This document shows, one piece after another, positions 1-14,412 of a DNA stretch of 64,000 nt. The notes under the pieces are model-generated. The model saw only the letters and a list, made by a program, of their open reading frames with translations. It was not told the DNA's origin and searched no databases. The DNA lies in assembly GCF_058153355.1 (NCBI RefSeq), contig NZ_CM177019.1. One strand, given 5' to 3'. The translations under genes and the position numbers were made by a program. Numbering within the stretch: the first letter of the stretch is position 1; each line of letters opens with the position of its first letter.

Positions 1-843
1 GGCAATTGGCGTACGCATATCCGGTTCCCCCAGCTGCGCCAGAACACTGCCGTCCTGATAGCGCACCATTGAGTGAATCACTGACTGCGGGTGAATCAGC
101 ACTTCCATCTGGCTGGCGCTGGCGTTAAACAGCCAACGCGCTTCAATGTATTCCAGACCTTTATTCATCATGGTAGCCGAATCGACAGAAATTTTACGCC
201 CCATCGACCAGTTCGGATGACGGCAGGCTTGATCCGGCGTCATTGTTGCCAAATCGCGCAATGGCGTCTCACGGAAAGGGCCACCAGACCCGGTAAGTAA
301 AATGGACACCACGCCATTTTGCTCAAGGTCAGCGTATCCCAGATTATGCTGGATAGGTTGCGGTAAACTCTGAAAAATGGCGTTATGTTCGCTATCGACC
401 GGTAACAATTGCGCTTTGCTCTGCTTTACGGCGTCCATAAACAGACGTCCGCAAGTGACCAGTGATTCTTTATTGGCCAGCAAAATGGTTTTACCCGCGC
501 GAATCGCAGCAAGCGTAGGTAACAGGCCAGCTGCGCCAACAATGGCTGCCATCACCTGATCAACATCCTCAAGCGCTGCCATATCGCAAGCGGCTTGTTG
601 CCCACTTAAGACTTCGGTGCGGCTACCCTGTTGCTGTAGCATCGTTTTAAGAAGTTTCGCACTCGCTTCATCGTCCATTACAGCATATCGGGGAGAGAAT
701 TCCAGGCACTGTTCTACCATGCGAGTGACATTTTTGCCTGCCACCAGCGCAACTACGCGGAAGTGTTCGGGATTATGGCGCACCACGTCCAGCGTGCTGC
801 AACCAATCGAGCCGGTCGAGCCCAGAATGGTGAGTTGCTTCAT
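1..843 (-). CDS. dxr: 1-deoxy-D-xylulose 5-phosphate reductoisomerase, 5' part only (3' end lies beyond window edge)
   Basis: Minus-strand frame open from window edge to ATG at 841-843; reverse complement reads [39 protein letters not shown]; absent from ORF track because no stop lies inside the window; synteny with frr. Confidence 0.9.
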   Translation of the reverse strand, partial: MKQLTILGSTGSIGCSTLDVVRHNPEHFRVVALVAGKNVTRMVEQCLEFSPRYAVMDDEASAKLLKTMLQQQGSRTEVLSGQQAACDMAALEDVDQVMAAIVGAAGLLPTLAAIRAGKTILLANKESLVTCGRLFMDAVKQSKAQLLPVDSEHNAIFQSLPQPIQHNLGYADLEQNGVVSILLTGSGGPFRETPLRDLATMTPDQACRHPNWSMGRKISVDSATMMNKGLEYIEARWLFNASASQMEVLIHPQSVIHSMVRYQDGSVLAQLGEPDMRTPIA

Positions 844-934
844 GAAACATCCAGAGTTGAGACAGAATAAAAAGCAAAACGCCGCCAGCCGATCCGCAAG
901 GATCTACTGAGCGGCGTTTTTGTCGTTCAAGAAA

Positions 935-1492
935 TCAGAACTGCATCAGTTCTGCTTCTTTGTCTGCCAGCGCCGCTTCAATTTTCTTGATTGCAGCATC
1001 AGTCAGTTTCTGTACATCGTCCTGAGAACGGCGATCGTCGTCTTCGCTGATCTCTTTATCTTTCAACAGTGCTTTCACTTTGTCGTTCGCGTCACGACGC
1101 ACGTTACGTACTGCAACACGCGCTTGTTCTGCTTCACCACGAACAATTTTGGTCAGATCTTTACGACGTTCTTCCGTCAGCGGCGGCAGCGGAACACGGA
1201 TGTCGCTACCCGCAGAGTTCGGGTTCAGGCCAAGATCGGACGCCATAATCGCTTTTTCAACGGCCGGAGACATTGAACGATCAAACACGTTGATTTTCAG
1301 AGTACGGGAATCTTCTACCGTTACGCTTGCCAGCTGACGCAGCGGCGTCGGCGTGCCGTAATATTCCACGACAATGCCATCCAGCAGGCTGGGAGAAGCA
1401 CGACCCGTGCGTATTTTGCTGATTTGGGTTTTGAACGCTTCTACGCATTTGTCCATGCGTACTTCAGCATCTTTTCTGATATCGCTAATCAC
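935..1492 (-). CDS. frr: ribosome recycling factor
   Basis: 185-aa [33 protein letters not shown]..., full-length match to Frr; synteny. Confidence 0.97.
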
Positions 1493-1783
1493 GTTACGAA
1501 TCCTTGAAAACTTGTCTCAGTCAGACCAGACAGTCACACACAGTGGAAGTGTGCTAAGTATAGCCCTGATTAAACATATTACGGGTAATCGTCTGGATTA
1601 TTAGGCTATTTTATTTGCCATTTTGGCCCCGGGCAGTGCTCGCCATCCTCGCGTACTTGTGTACGCTCCGGTTGCTGCGCGCTGGCCGTGACCAAACTGC
1701 CTGCAACAATAACGCCTTATAACCAGACTTACGCCCCCGCGATACTTACGCGGAATCTTACCCTTATTTATCCATCACGGGAA

Positions 1784-2509
1784 TTATTCCGTGATTAAAG
1801 TCCCTTCTTTTTCACCCATTACCACACGGCGCAGCGCACCCGGTTTGTTCATGTTGAAAACACGAATCGGTAATTTATGGTCACGAGCCAGCGTGAAGGC
1901 CGCCAGGTCCATGACTTTCAGCTCTTTTTCCAGCACTTCGCTGTAAGTCAGTTGCTCGTACATCGTTGCGGTTGGATCTTTCGCCGGATCAGCAGTAAAC
2001 ACGCCGTCAACTTTGGTTGCTTTCAGCACCACATCGGCTTCAATTTCGATACCACGCAGGCAAGCTGCAGAGTCGGTGGTAAAGAACGGGTTACCTGTAC
2101 CGGCGGAGAGGATCACCACACGATTGTTGCGCAACAGGCTAATCGCTTCTGCCCAGCTGTAGCTGTCGCACACGCCATTCAATGGAATAGCGGACATCAG
2201 ACGAGCGTTCACATAGGCGCGGTGCAGTGCATCACGCATTGCCAGGCCGTTCATTACGGTCGCCAGCATCCCCATGTGGTCGCCCACAACGCGGTTCATA
2301 CCCGCTTTCGCCAGACCAGCGCCACGGAACAGGTTACCCCCACCAATCACCACACCAACCTGAATACCCAGTTCAACCAGTTCTTTGATTTCCTGAGCCA
2401 TGCGATCCAGTATGCTTGCATCAATACCGAAGCCTTCCGTGCCCTGCAGAGCTTCGCCACTCAACTTAAGCAGAATGCGTTTATAGACGGGTTTTGCATT
2501 GGTAGCCAT
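1784..2509 (-). CDS. pyrH: UMP kinase
   Basis: 241-aa [24 protein letters not shown]..., amino-acid kinase family; synteny frr-pyrH-tsf. Confidence 0.97.
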   Translation of the reverse strand: MATNAKPVYKRILLKLSGEALQGTEGFGIDASILDRMAQEIKELVELGIQVGVVIGGGNLFRGAGLAKAGMNRVVGDHMGMLATVMNGLAMRDALHRAYVNARLMSAIPLNGVCDSYSWAEAISLLRNNRVVILSAGTGNPFFTTDSAACLRGIEIEADVVLKATKVDGVFTADPAKDPTATMYEQLTYSEVLEKELKVMDLAAFTLARDHKLPIRVFNMNKPGALRRVVMGEKEGTLITE

Positions 2510-2617
2510 GTTTCTTTCCTGAGACTGTCAACGATTGAAATGAATTAATACCGGCGACATTGTACGTCGCTTTTCAGCGCAGCCCCATAAGGGTTAGCTG
2601 AATTTACAAGATGGGCG

Positions 2618-2645
2618 CAAAAAGAAGCCGCCCTCAGGCGGCTCC
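2618..2645 (-). terminator. intrinsic terminator downstream of tsf
   Basis: On minus strand GC hairpin (agccgcc/ggcggct arms) followed by U-rich run, immediately after the tsf stop. Confidence 0.6.
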
Positions 2646-2655
2646 TTTTCGATAA

Positions 2656-3507
2656 TTAAGACTGCTTGGACATCGCAGCAACTTCTGCTGCAAAGTCAGT
2701 CTCAACTTTCTCGATGCCTTCACCTACTTCGAAGCGGATGAAGCCAGTCACTTCAGCGTTATGCTCTTTCAGCAGCTGACCAACAGTTTTGCTTGGTTCC
2801 ATAACGAACGGCTGACCGGTCAGAGAAACTTCGCCGGTGAATTTCTTCATGCGGCCTTCAACCATTTTCTCTGCGATTTCTTTCGGCTTACCAGACTGCA
2901 TCGCGATATCCAGCTGAACCTGGTATTCTTTCTCTACCACTTCAGCGGAAACGTCTTCCGGTTTGATGAATTCTGGTTTGCTTGCAGCAACGTGCATAGC
3001 GATGTGTTTAACCAGCTCTTCGTCAGCGCCTTTAGCAGCAACCAGAACGCCGATACGCGCACCGTGCTGATAAGAACCCAGAACGTCGCCTTCCAGCGCA
3101 GCAACGCGGCGAATGTTGATGTTTTCACCGATTTTCGCTACCAGCGCAACACGTTCTTCTTCGAACTGTGCTTTCAGAACTTCAACGTCAGTGATTTTGC
3201 CAGCAACAGCTGCGTCCAGAACTTTGTCTGCGAACGCCTGGAAACCAGCGTCTTTTGCAACGAAGTCAGTCTGGCAGTTAACTTCCAGAATGATGCCGTA
3301 GTTGCCGTCGATTTTGGTTTTGATCACGCCGTCAGCAGCAACGTTGCCTGCTTTTTTCGCTGCTTTGATAGCACCGGACTTACGCATGTTTTCGATTGCC
3401 AGCTCGATGTCGCCGTTAGCTTCAGTCAGTGCTTTTTTGCAATCCATCATGCCTGCGCCAGTACGCTCACGCAGCTCTTTTACCAGGGATGCGGTAATTT
3501 CAGCCAT
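2656..3507 (-). CDS. tsf: elongation factor Ts
   Basis: 283-aa [30 protein letters not shown]..., EF-Ts; synteny with rpsB. Confidence 0.97.
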
Positions 3508-3561
3508 TCTAAAATCCTCGGAGATGTGATCTGCCCGGCGTTAAACCGCACAGATATAAAA

Positions 3562-3590
3562 GTGAAAAAGGGGGCCATATGCAGGCCCCC
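3562..3590 (-). terminator. rpsB-tsf intercistronic attenuator/terminator hairpin
   Basis: Inverted repeat gggggcc-atatgca-ggccccc followed on the minus strand by a T-run; positioned between rpsB stop and tsf start. Confidence 0.55.
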
Positions 3591-3639
3591 TAACCAAACG
3601 TGTACTACCTGGTCTATAAGGGCTCTCCCCCTTCATATT

Positions 3640-3745
3640 TCGCGCCGCAGATGCGTTGTCTTCGCTCGCTCATCCCGGTCACTTACTGATGTAAGCTCCC
3701 GGGAATTCTCGAGCTTGCCGCCTTTCTGCAACTCGAACTAATTTG
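3640..3745 (-). repeat. degenerate ERIC-like intergenic repeat in rpsB-tsf spacer
   Basis: About 85 percent identity over ~70 nt to the reverse complement of the ERIC copy at 45371-45440 (core cacttactgatgtaagctcc vs cacttacttatgtaagctcc). Confidence 0.55.
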
Positions 3746-3764
3746 GGGGAGTTATCAAGCCTTA

Positions 3765-4712
<948 letters not shown>

Positions 4713-4857
4713 TCAGACGATGAATTTTCTATTATAGAAAACGTTCAGTGGCACGTTTGGCGAAATTCAGAATGATTCTCAATTTGCCCGGGTGTGATAC
4801 CATTGACGACACTTACATATATATTGTCGGTATCACCGACGCTGATGGACAGAATTA

Positions 4858-5652
4858 ATGGCTATCTCAATCAAGACCCCAGAAGATATCGAAAAAATGC
4901 GCGTCGCTGGCCGACTGGCTGCCGAAGTGCTGGAAATGATCGAACCGTATGTTAAACCGGGCGTCAGCACCGGCGAGCTGGATCGCATCTGTAATGATTA
5001 CATTGTTAATGAACAACACGCGGTTTCTGCCTGCCTCGGCTATCACGGCTATCCGAAATCCGTTTGCATCTCTATTAATGAAGTGGTGTGCCACGGTATC
5101 CCGGACGACGCCAAGCTGCTGAAAGATGGCGATATCGTTAACATTGATGTCACCGTAATCAAAGATGGTTTCCACGGCGACACCTCGAAAATGTTTATCG
5201 TCGGTAAGCCGACCATCATGGGCGAACGTCTGTGCCGCGTAACGCAAGAGAGTCTTTACCTGGCGCTACGCATGGTAAAACCGGGCATTAATCTGCGCGA
5301 AATCGGCGCGGCGATTCAGAAATTTGTCGAAGCAGAAGGCTTCTCCGTCGTTCGTGAATATTGCGGACACGGTATTGGTCGCGGCTTCCATGAAGAACCG
5401 CAGGTGCTGCATTATGACTCCCGTGAAACCAACGTCGTGCTGAAGCCGGGAATGACCTTCACCATCGAGCCAATGGTCAACGCGGGCAAAAAAGAGATCC
5501 GCACCATGAAAGATGGCTGGACGGTAAAAACCAAAGATCGCAGCTTGTCTGCACAATATGAGCATACTATTGTGGTGACCGATAACGGCTGCGAAATTCT
5601 GACGCTACGCAAGGATGACACCATCCCGGCGATAATCTCGCACGAAGAATAA
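4858..5652 (+). CDS. map: methionine aminopeptidase
   Basis: 264-aa ORF MAISIKTPEDIEKMRVAGRLAAEVLEMIEPYVKPG...; synteny. Confidence 0.97.
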   Translation: MAISIKTPEDIEKMRVAGRLAAEVLEMIEPYVKPGVSTGELDRICNDYIVNEQHAVSACLGYHGYPKSVCISINEVVCHGIPDDAKLLKDGDIVNIDVTVIKDGFHGDTSKMFIVGKPTIMGERLCRVTQESLYLALRMVKPGINLREIGAAIQKFVEAEGFSVVREYCGHGIGRGFHEEPQVLHYDSRETNVVLKPGMTFTIEPMVNAGKKEIRTMKDGWTVKTKDRSLSAQYEHTIVVTDNGCEILTLRKDDTIPAIISHEE

Positions 5653-5656
5653 GATG

Positions 5657-5682
5657 AAGCCGGCGAATGCCGGCTTTTTTAA
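5657..5682 (+). terminator. intrinsic terminator of map
   Basis: aagccggc-gaat-gccggctt hairpin followed by TTTTTT, 5 nt after the map stop. Confidence 0.65.
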
Positions 5683-5695
5683 TACGATAATTTAA

Positions 5696-8386
<2,691 letters not shown>

Positions 8387-8416
8387 TGTGTTTACTGATA
8401 TGAAAAGAGTTTAACA

Positions 8417-9241
8417 ATGCAGCAGTTACAGAACATTATTGAAACCGCTTTTGAACGCCGTGCCGAGATCACGCCAGCCAATGCAGACACCGTTACCCGC
8501 GAAGCGGTAAATCAGGTGATCGCCCTGCTGGATTCCGGCGCACTGCGTGTAGCGGAAAAAATTGACGGTCAGTGGGTGACGCATCAGTGGTTGAAAAAAG
8601 CGGTGCTGCTCTCTTTCCGTATTAATGATAATCAGGTGATCGAAGGGGCAGAAAGCCGCTACTTCGACAAAGTGCCGATGAAATTCGCTAACTACGATGA
8701 AGCACGTTTCCAGAAAGAAGGCTTCCGCGTCGTGCCACCAGCGGCAGTACGTCAAGGTGCGTTTATCGCCCGTAACACCGTGCTGATGCCGTCTTACGTC
8801 AACATCGGCGCATATGTTGATGAAGGCACCATGGTTGATACCTGGGCGACCGTCGGTTCCTGTGCGCAGATTGGTAAAAATGTCCACCTTTCCGGTGGCG
8901 TAGGTATCGGCGGCGTGCTGGAGCCGCTGCAGGCTAATCCGACCATCATTGAAGATAACTGCTTCATCGGCGCGCGCTCTGAAGTGGTTGAAGGCGTAAT
9001 TGTCGAAGAAGGTTCCGTCATCTCTATGGGCGTATACATTGGTCAAAGCACCCGTATTTACGACCGTGAAACCGGCGAAATCCACTACGGTCGCGTTCCG
9101 GCGGGGTCTGTGGTTGTTTCAGGTAATCTGCCGTCGAAAGATGGCAAATACAGCCTCTACTGTGCGGTGATCGTTAAGAAAGTTGACGCGAAAACTCGCG
9201 GCAAAGTCGGCATTAACGAACTGCTACGCACCATCGACTAA
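8417..9241 (+). CDS. dapD: 2,3,4,5-tetrahydropyridine-2,6-dicarboxylate N-succinyltransferase
   Basis: 274-aa [51 protein letters not shown]..., hexapeptide-repeat transferase. Confidence 0.97.
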
Positions 9242-9553
9242 AAGTATGCACACGGGCAGCACGACGCTGCCCGATTGCTTTCTGGTTCAGAATAATTCGT
9301 CCTACTCATTCTTCTTCCCCTTTTTTAAATACTTTTTCATCTTGTTTCGGACTGTCATGTAATTCGCAAAACAAAGATAAATGTGCTAATCCATCCCATG
9401 GAATATCGCCACAATAAAGCAGGTAATTTTTTGATTTTTACGCCATGATAGAAGTCTGGAAGAAAAAGGCTTTCTGCGATCACAGTCGAGCCGGGCGGGC
9501 CAGGCCAAATGCTAAAATAAGCACAATTTACTGACTCATTTTGAGGTAACGCT

Positions 9554-9940
9554 ATGTACGACAATCTGAAAAGTCTGGGTATTACCAATCCTGAAGAAAT
9601 TGATCGTTACAGCCTCCGGCAGGAAGCCAACAACGATATTCTGAAAATCTATTTCCAGAAAGACAAAGGCGAGTTTTTCGCCAAGAGCGTGAAATTTAAA
9701 TATCCACGTCAGCGCAAAACGATAGTCGCTGATGGTGTGGGTCAAGGTTATAAAGAAGTACAGGAAATCAGCCCGAACCTGCGGTATATCATTGATGAAC
9801 TTGATCAAATCTGCCAGCGTGACCGCAGCGAGGTCGATCTTAAGCGTAAGATCCTCGACGATTTACGTCACCTGGAATCAGTCGTCACTAACAAAATCAG
9901 CGAGATTGAAGCCGATCTGGAAAAACTGACACGTAAATAA
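9554..9940 (+). CDS. yaeH: DUF3461 family protein YaeH
   Basis: 128-aa [45 protein letters not shown]...; synteny next to cdaR. Confidence 0.9.
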   Translation: MYDNLKSLGITNPEEIDRYSLRQEANNDILKIYFQKDKGEFFAKSVKFKYPRQRKTIVADGVGQGYKEVQEISPNLRYIIDELDQICQRDRSEVDLKRKILDDLRHLESVVTNKISEIEADLEKLTRK

Positions 9941-9967
9941 TCCCTGACTGACGGTTAGCTCGGGTAG

Positions 9968-9994
9968 TCTCCTCTCCCCTTCGGGGTGAGGAGA
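9968..9994. terminator. bidirectional hairpin between convergent yaeH and cdaR
   Basis: Inverted repeat tctcctctcccc-ttc-ggggtgaggaga (one mismatch) in the 88-bp convergent spacer. Confidence 0.5.
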
Positions 9995-10028
9995 ACAAGC
10001 CTGCCCCGCCTCGACCTTAACGCATAAC

Positions 10029-11186
10029 CTACCGCTCTTCATCTAGTTGCAGCGCCACATACAGCAGCAACCTGTCATCAAAATTGCCCAAATCAAGCCC
10101 GGTCAGTTCCGATATACGATTAAGCCGATACTCAAGAGTATTACGATGAATAAACAACGCCTTTGACGTTGCCAGCGGTTGCACATTGTGGCGAAACCAC
10201 GCCGCCAGCGTTCGCCGCAGCAAGCCGTTATTGTCCATCGCTTTCAGCCGCGCCAGCGGTCGCGCCAGTTCGTTGGCCTGCCAGTCGCCACGCAAACTGT
10301 CGAGCAACACAGGCAACATCAAATCCTGATAAAAATAGCAGCGACTTTCGGGCATCCGCTGTTTACCCACCACCATCGTCGTTTTCGCCGTACGATAGGA
10401 TCGGGCAATACTGCCAGGACCGGTAAAATAGTTGCCCAGCGAAACGCGAAAACGCAGCTGGCCGTACTCTTTCATGCGGGTAATCAGTTGTTCAACTCGC
10501 TTACGATGATCTTCTGCATCCCAGCGCCCAAAAGAGTTCAACGCCGGTTTCAACACCACCATTTCGGTCAGCGAGACAATCGCCACCAGATTATTACGCT
10601 CGGGCGTAGTCAGCGCGTTTTGCAGTTGCTGTAACTCCGCCATTGCGCTATCCACGCCAAGTTGACCGCTATCGACCTCAACAATAGCCACCACTCGCGG
10701 TTGATTGAGATCGATCCCCAACCGTTGCGCCCATTCAGTGAGTGCGGGAGTATTCTCCTCCGCCTGAATCAGGTTCATCACCAACTCTTCCCGCAAACGG
10801 CTATCCTGCGCCAACAGATGCATCAACCGCGACTGTTCCAGCATCATTTCAGCCGTCATGCAGACCAGTTCGCCATATTTACGCAGATTCTCTGGTTCAC
10901 CAGTCAAGCCGATTACGCCGACAATTTCACCTTCCAGCCGTAATGGTAGATTAATCCCCTGCCGCACACCGTGCAGATGACGTGCCACCGCGTCATCGAT
11001 ATCGACGACTCGTCCCTGTGAAAGTACCAGCAATGCACCTTCGTGCAATTCACCAATACGCTCACGATCGCCGCTGCCGATAATACGCCCGCGGGCATCC
11101 ATTACGTTAATATTGGTATCAATGATGCGCATGGTGCGCGCCACGATATCCTGCGCCATTTTGGTATCAAGATGCCAGCCAGCCAT
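10029..11186 (-). CDS. cdaR: carbohydrate diacid regulator (sugar diacid utilization regulator)
   Basis: ORF track frame 10029..11204; native start taken at MAGWHLDTKMAQDIVARTMRIIDTNINVMD (385 aa), C-terminal HTH; start choice among in-frame Met codons is uncertain. Confidence 0.9.
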   Translation of the reverse strand: MAGWHLDTKMAQDIVARTMRIIDTNINVMDARGRIIGSGDRERIGELHEGALLVLSQGRVVDIDDAVARHLHGVRQGINLPLRLEGEIVGVIGLTGEPENLRKYGELVCMTAEMMLEQSRLMHLLAQDSRLREELVMNLIQAEENTPALTEWAQRLGIDLNQPRVVAIVEVDSGQLGVDSAMAELQQLQNALTTPERNNLVAIVSLTEMVVLKPALNSFGRWDAEDHRKRVEQLITRMKEYGQLRFRVSLGNYFTGPGSIARSYRTAKTTMVVGKQRMPESRCYFYQDLMLPVLLDSLRGDWQANELARPLARLKAMDNNGLLRRTLAAWFRHNVQPLATSKALFIHRNTLEYRLNRISELTGLDLGNFDDRLLLYVALQLDEER

Positions 11187-11304
11187 AAGTCCTCCGTTAT
11201 GCACGGCTTAGCATAAGGAAGTACGTAACGTACGGCATTGTGCAAATGCCCAAAGGATGAGGAAGATGTATGGAGTTGTGGTGAAGTTCACAGATTGTAA
11301 GGAG

Positions 11305-11332
11305 AACCCCTTCCCGTTTTCAGGAAGGGGTT
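11305..11332. repeat. perfect 10-bp-arm palindrome just downstream of degP
   Basis: aaccccttcc-cgttttca-ggaaggggtt; 9 bp after the degP stop and upstream of cdaR; no U-tract on the degP strand. Confidence 0.6.
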
Positions 11333-11340
11333 GAGGAAGA

Positions 11341-12765
11341 TTACTGCATTAACAGATAGATGGTGCTGTCGCCGCGCTGAATATTCAGTGCCAGCACAGA
11401 CGGTTTGCTGTCGAGAACTTTACGCAGTTCAGCGATGTTTTTCACTGCCTGCTGGTTCGCACCAATAATCACATCACCTTTCTTCAGGCCGATCTGCGCA
11501 GCCGGAGTGCCCGTTTTCACGTTGTTCACCACCACGCCCTGATCTTTGCCTTTGTTGCTCATCTCAGCGCCTTCAATGCCGTTGAAGATGGTGCTGGAAT
11601 CAACCTGATTCTGGCTGCTCTGCTGCAGTTCCAGGTTCACGTTAACCTGCTTCCCGTCGCGCAGTAAGCCCAGGGTCAGTTTGCTGCCTACCGGCATAGT
11701 GCCCACCTGAGCACGCAGTGCGGCAAAGCTGCTGATTGGCTTACCGTTCAGTGAGGTGATCACATCACCCGCTTTAATGCCCGCTTTCGCGGCGGAAGAG
11801 TTCGGCAGAACCTGGCTTACGAAAGCACCGCGCTGGGCGTCAACTTTCATCGCTTTCGCCAGATCGGAGTTCAGCTCAGTCCCCATAATACCCAGCTCAC
11901 CGCGTTTCACCTGGCCGTATTCCACCATCTGCGAGGTCAGGTTTTTCACCATGTTGCTCGGGATAGCAAAACCGATACCGATGTTTCCGCCGTCCGGTGC
12001 GAGGATCGCGGTGTTGATACCAATCAGTTCGCCGTTCAGGTTAACCAGCGCGCCACCAGAGTTACCCCGGTTGATCGCTGCATCGGTCTGGATGAAGTTT
12101 TCGTAGTTTTCAGCGTTCAGGCCGCTACGTCCCAGCGCAGAGACAATCCCGGAAGTTACTGTCTCGCCCAGGCCGAACGGGTTACCAATTGCTACGGTGT
12201 AATCACCCACGCGCAGTGCATCAGAATCCGCCATCTTAATTGCGGTCAGGTTTTTCGGATTCTGGATCTGGATCAGCGCGATATCAGAGCGCGGATCTTT
12301 GCCAACCATCTTCGCGTCGAACTTACGACCATCGCTCAGCTGGACTTTAATCACCGTCGCGTTATCAACAACGTGGTTGTTGGTGACGACATAGCCTTTA
12401 TCGGCATCAATGATGACGCCGGAACCCAGCGCCATGAATTTTTGTTGCTGGCCGCCGCCATTACCGCCCTGGCCCCCCTGGCAGAACGGAGAGCTCTGGA
12501 ACGGAGAACCTTCCTGGCAGAACGGAGAATCATCACCGAAGAACTGCTGGAAATTACGCGGCATACGCGGCGTATTAACGGTTGTGCTACCTTCTACGTT
12601 AATGCTGACCACTGAAGGCATCACCTTTTCGAGCATTGGTGCAAGGCTTGGTATCTGCTGGGCTGTCGTTGCTGAAGAAGTCTCAGCCGCCGTTGCAGAG
12701 AGCGGAGATAACGCCAAACCTAAACTCAGAGCCAGTGCACTCAGTGCTAATGTGGTTTTTTTCAT
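11341..12765 (-). CDS. degP: periplasmic serine endoprotease DegP (HtrA)
   Basis: 474-aa ORF MKKTTLALSALALSLGLALSPLSATAAETSS..., signal peptide, trypsin-like domain and two PDZ domains. Confidence 0.97.
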   Translation of the reverse strand: MKKTTLALSALALSLGLALSPLSATAAETSSATTAQQIPSLAPMLEKVMPSVVSINVEGSTTVNTPRMPRNFQQFFGDDSPFCQEGSPFQSSPFCQGGQGGNGGGQQQKFMALGSGVIIDADKGYVVTNNHVVDNATVIKVQLSDGRKFDAKMVGKDPRSDIALIQIQNPKNLTAIKMADSDALRVGDYTVAIGNPFGLGETVTSGIVSALGRSGLNAENYENFIQTDAAINRGNSGGALVNLNGELIGINTAILAPDGGNIGIGFAIPSNMVKNLTSQMVEYGQVKRGELGIMGTELNSDLAKAMKVDAQRGAFVSQVLPNSSAAKAGIKAGDVITSLNGKPISSFAALRAQVGTMPVGSKLTLGLLRDGKQVNVNLELQQSSQNQVDSSTIFNGIEGAEMSNKGKDQGVVVNNVKTGTPAAQIGLKKGDVIIGANQQAVKNIAELRKVLDSKPSVLALNIQRGDSTIYLLMQ

Positions 12766-12810
12766 GTATTTCAGTCTCGATTAACAGATAACGCAAAATT
12801 GCTGTGTTCT

Positions 12811-12838
12811 TCAGATTCGTTTTATAGCGCGAAGTTCC
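12811..12838 (-). promoter_or_regulatory. sigma-E (RpoE) dependent degP promoter
   Basis: On minus strand GGAACTT (-35, complement of 12832-12838), 16-nt spacer, TCTGA (-10, complement of 12811-12815), about 50 nt upstream of the degP ATG. Confidence 0.75.
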
Positions 12839-12854
12839 GAACTAAAGTTTCTGC

Positions 12855-12890
12855 AAAAAGTAAAAATTTATTGTCCGTCTTTACAAAAGC
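12855..12890 (-). promoter_or_regulatory. candidate CpxR binding region upstream of degP
   Basis: GTAAA pentamers (minus strand tgtaaagacggacaataaatttttac) directly upstream of the sigma-E -35; half-site spacing not canonical. Confidence 0.4.
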
Positions 12891-12894
12891 CTGG

Positions 12895-14412
12895 TTATTG
12901 TTCTACGGCCATCAGACGTCGGTATTCATCCCACGCATAGAGGTCGGTCATACCGCTGATATAATCCTGTAGCAGGCGGCAGCGGTAATAATATTCCCAT
13001 AGCGGAAACTCAGGAGAATCTGACGGTAATTTACTGACAGCCTCGACATAGGCCAGCCGATGGCGCGTCGAGAGTTTGTGGAATAAGCGCGATTCAATAG
13101 GGAAACGTTTCACCCGTTCTTTTTCTACCAATTCAGTAAAGTCTGATAACGACAGGCTTAATAAAGGGCGATAAATCTCTAATAATCCGCTAATGACCCG
13201 ATAGCCCTGCAATTCAAGCTGCTCGACATCTGGATGGCTAAACACATGTTTTACAGCGACATTTTTATATAGCTTTAGAAGATCGCTGCATTCGCTGGCA
13301 TCTTCCAATAATGCATGATTAAACGTTCCGGCGAAAATCGCAGGCAGATTATCAATAAATCGTTGTGCCGCGTAGGGTACCAGTTTATTTAGGGTGTTTA
13401 CCCGTAAATACATAAAAAACTGATCTTCCGTACTGCGGCTTAAACTATTTGAGCGTGATTTTTCCCAGGCATTTTCAACCACCAGCGAAAAGAGCGAACC
13501 TTTCTCATGCTGGCCCCACGCTTCGTGCAAATGATGATAAAGCTGCTCAACGCTGAATATTCTTTTCTCTACCGCATCTTCAAGATCTGCCACACAATAG
13601 GAGATGTCGTCGGCAGCTTCCATAATCCACGTTAATGGAAAACGACTGTAAAGCGCCAAATTAAGTTCTTTACGCAACCGGGCAATATAGGCTTCTTCAG
13701 AAAGATAATAACCCGGCTTTTTCATTAAATAGTGATGTGTCTCAGGCGTTTCACCACGCCACCACGCCGGACGAGTATATTTTAAAATACCGCCAACCTG
13801 TGCCCAGGTGAGATTCATCCGCATCAATGTATGCACCAGACGAATGCCTTGTGCATTCCCCTCAAAATGACATAAGTCCTGACGTATTTTGCGCCGCAGC
13901 TCGTTAAGCGGTTCTTCCCCTTCCCGTAAACGTAATGCCGCCACGCTGCAGCGATCGTCAGTCAGAGGCTGGCTTTCGGCATCAGCCGGAAACAAACGCT
14001 GGCGAAACCAGTCATTTATCGCCGCTTCACCAAAATGACCAAACGGCGGATTGCCGATATCGTGCATCAGGCATGACATCTCAACAATACTTTCAAAGGG
14101 GCCGGTCAGTTCATCCAGACCATAATCTTCCAGTAATTTAAGCTCTTTCAGACGGCTTAAAATTTCTTTGGCGATGTAGCGCCCCACCTGCTGGACTTCC
14201 ATTGAATGGGTTAGACGCGTGCGCACGGCGGCATTTCGCTCCAGCGGAAAAACCTGGGTCTTTTGTTGCAGACGACGAATTGCCGGAGAGTTGATAATAC
14301 GCCCACGATCGCTCTCAAAGATTCGCAGGATCTCATGTTCGGTTTTAACGCCCTGTGGTGAACGGTAACGACGATGCCAGTTTATTTTTTTTCGGAAATC
14401 AATCTGTGCCAT
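12895..14412 (-). CDS. dgt: deoxyguanosine triphosphate triphosphohydrolase
   Basis: 505-aa [58 protein letters not shown]..., HD-domain dGTPase. Confidence 0.96.
   Translation of the reverse strand: MAQIDFRKKINWHRRYRSPQGVKTEHEILRIFESDRGRIINSPAIRRLQQKTQVFPLERNAAVRTRLTHSMEVQQVGRYIAKEILSRLKELKLLEDYGLDELTGPFESIVEMSCLMHDIGNPPFGHFGEAAINDWFRQRLFPADAESQPLTDDRCSVAALRLREGEEPLNELRRKIRQDLCHFEGNAQGIRLVHTLMRMNLTWAQVGGILKYTRPAWWRGETPETHHYLMKKPGYYLSEEAYIARLRKELNLALYSRFPLTWIMEAADDISYCVADLEDAVEKRIFSVEQLYHHLHEAWGQHEKGSLFSLVVENAWEKSRSNSLSRSTEDQFFMYLRVNTLNKLVPYAAQRFIDNLPAIFAGTFNHALLEDASECSDLLKLYKNVAVKHVFSHPDVEQLELQGYRVISGLLEIYRPLLSLSLSDFTELVEKERVKRFPIESRLFHKLSTRHRLAYVEAVSKLPSDSPEFPLWEYYYRCRLLQDYISGMTDLYAWDEYRRLMAVEQ

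Noticed and set aside
2761-3741. 326-aa plus-strand ORF, and similar ORFs at 1877-2548 and 91-910
   Set aside because: Antisense shadows of tsf, pyrH and dxr respectively; no RBS context or domain signal.
9355-9588. 77-aa minus-strand ORF in the dapD-yaeH spacer, considered as a yaeI remnant or small gene
   Set aside because: Overlaps the yaeH start, has no similarity to the YaeI N- or C-terminus as I recall it, and has no convincing RBS; most likely chance.
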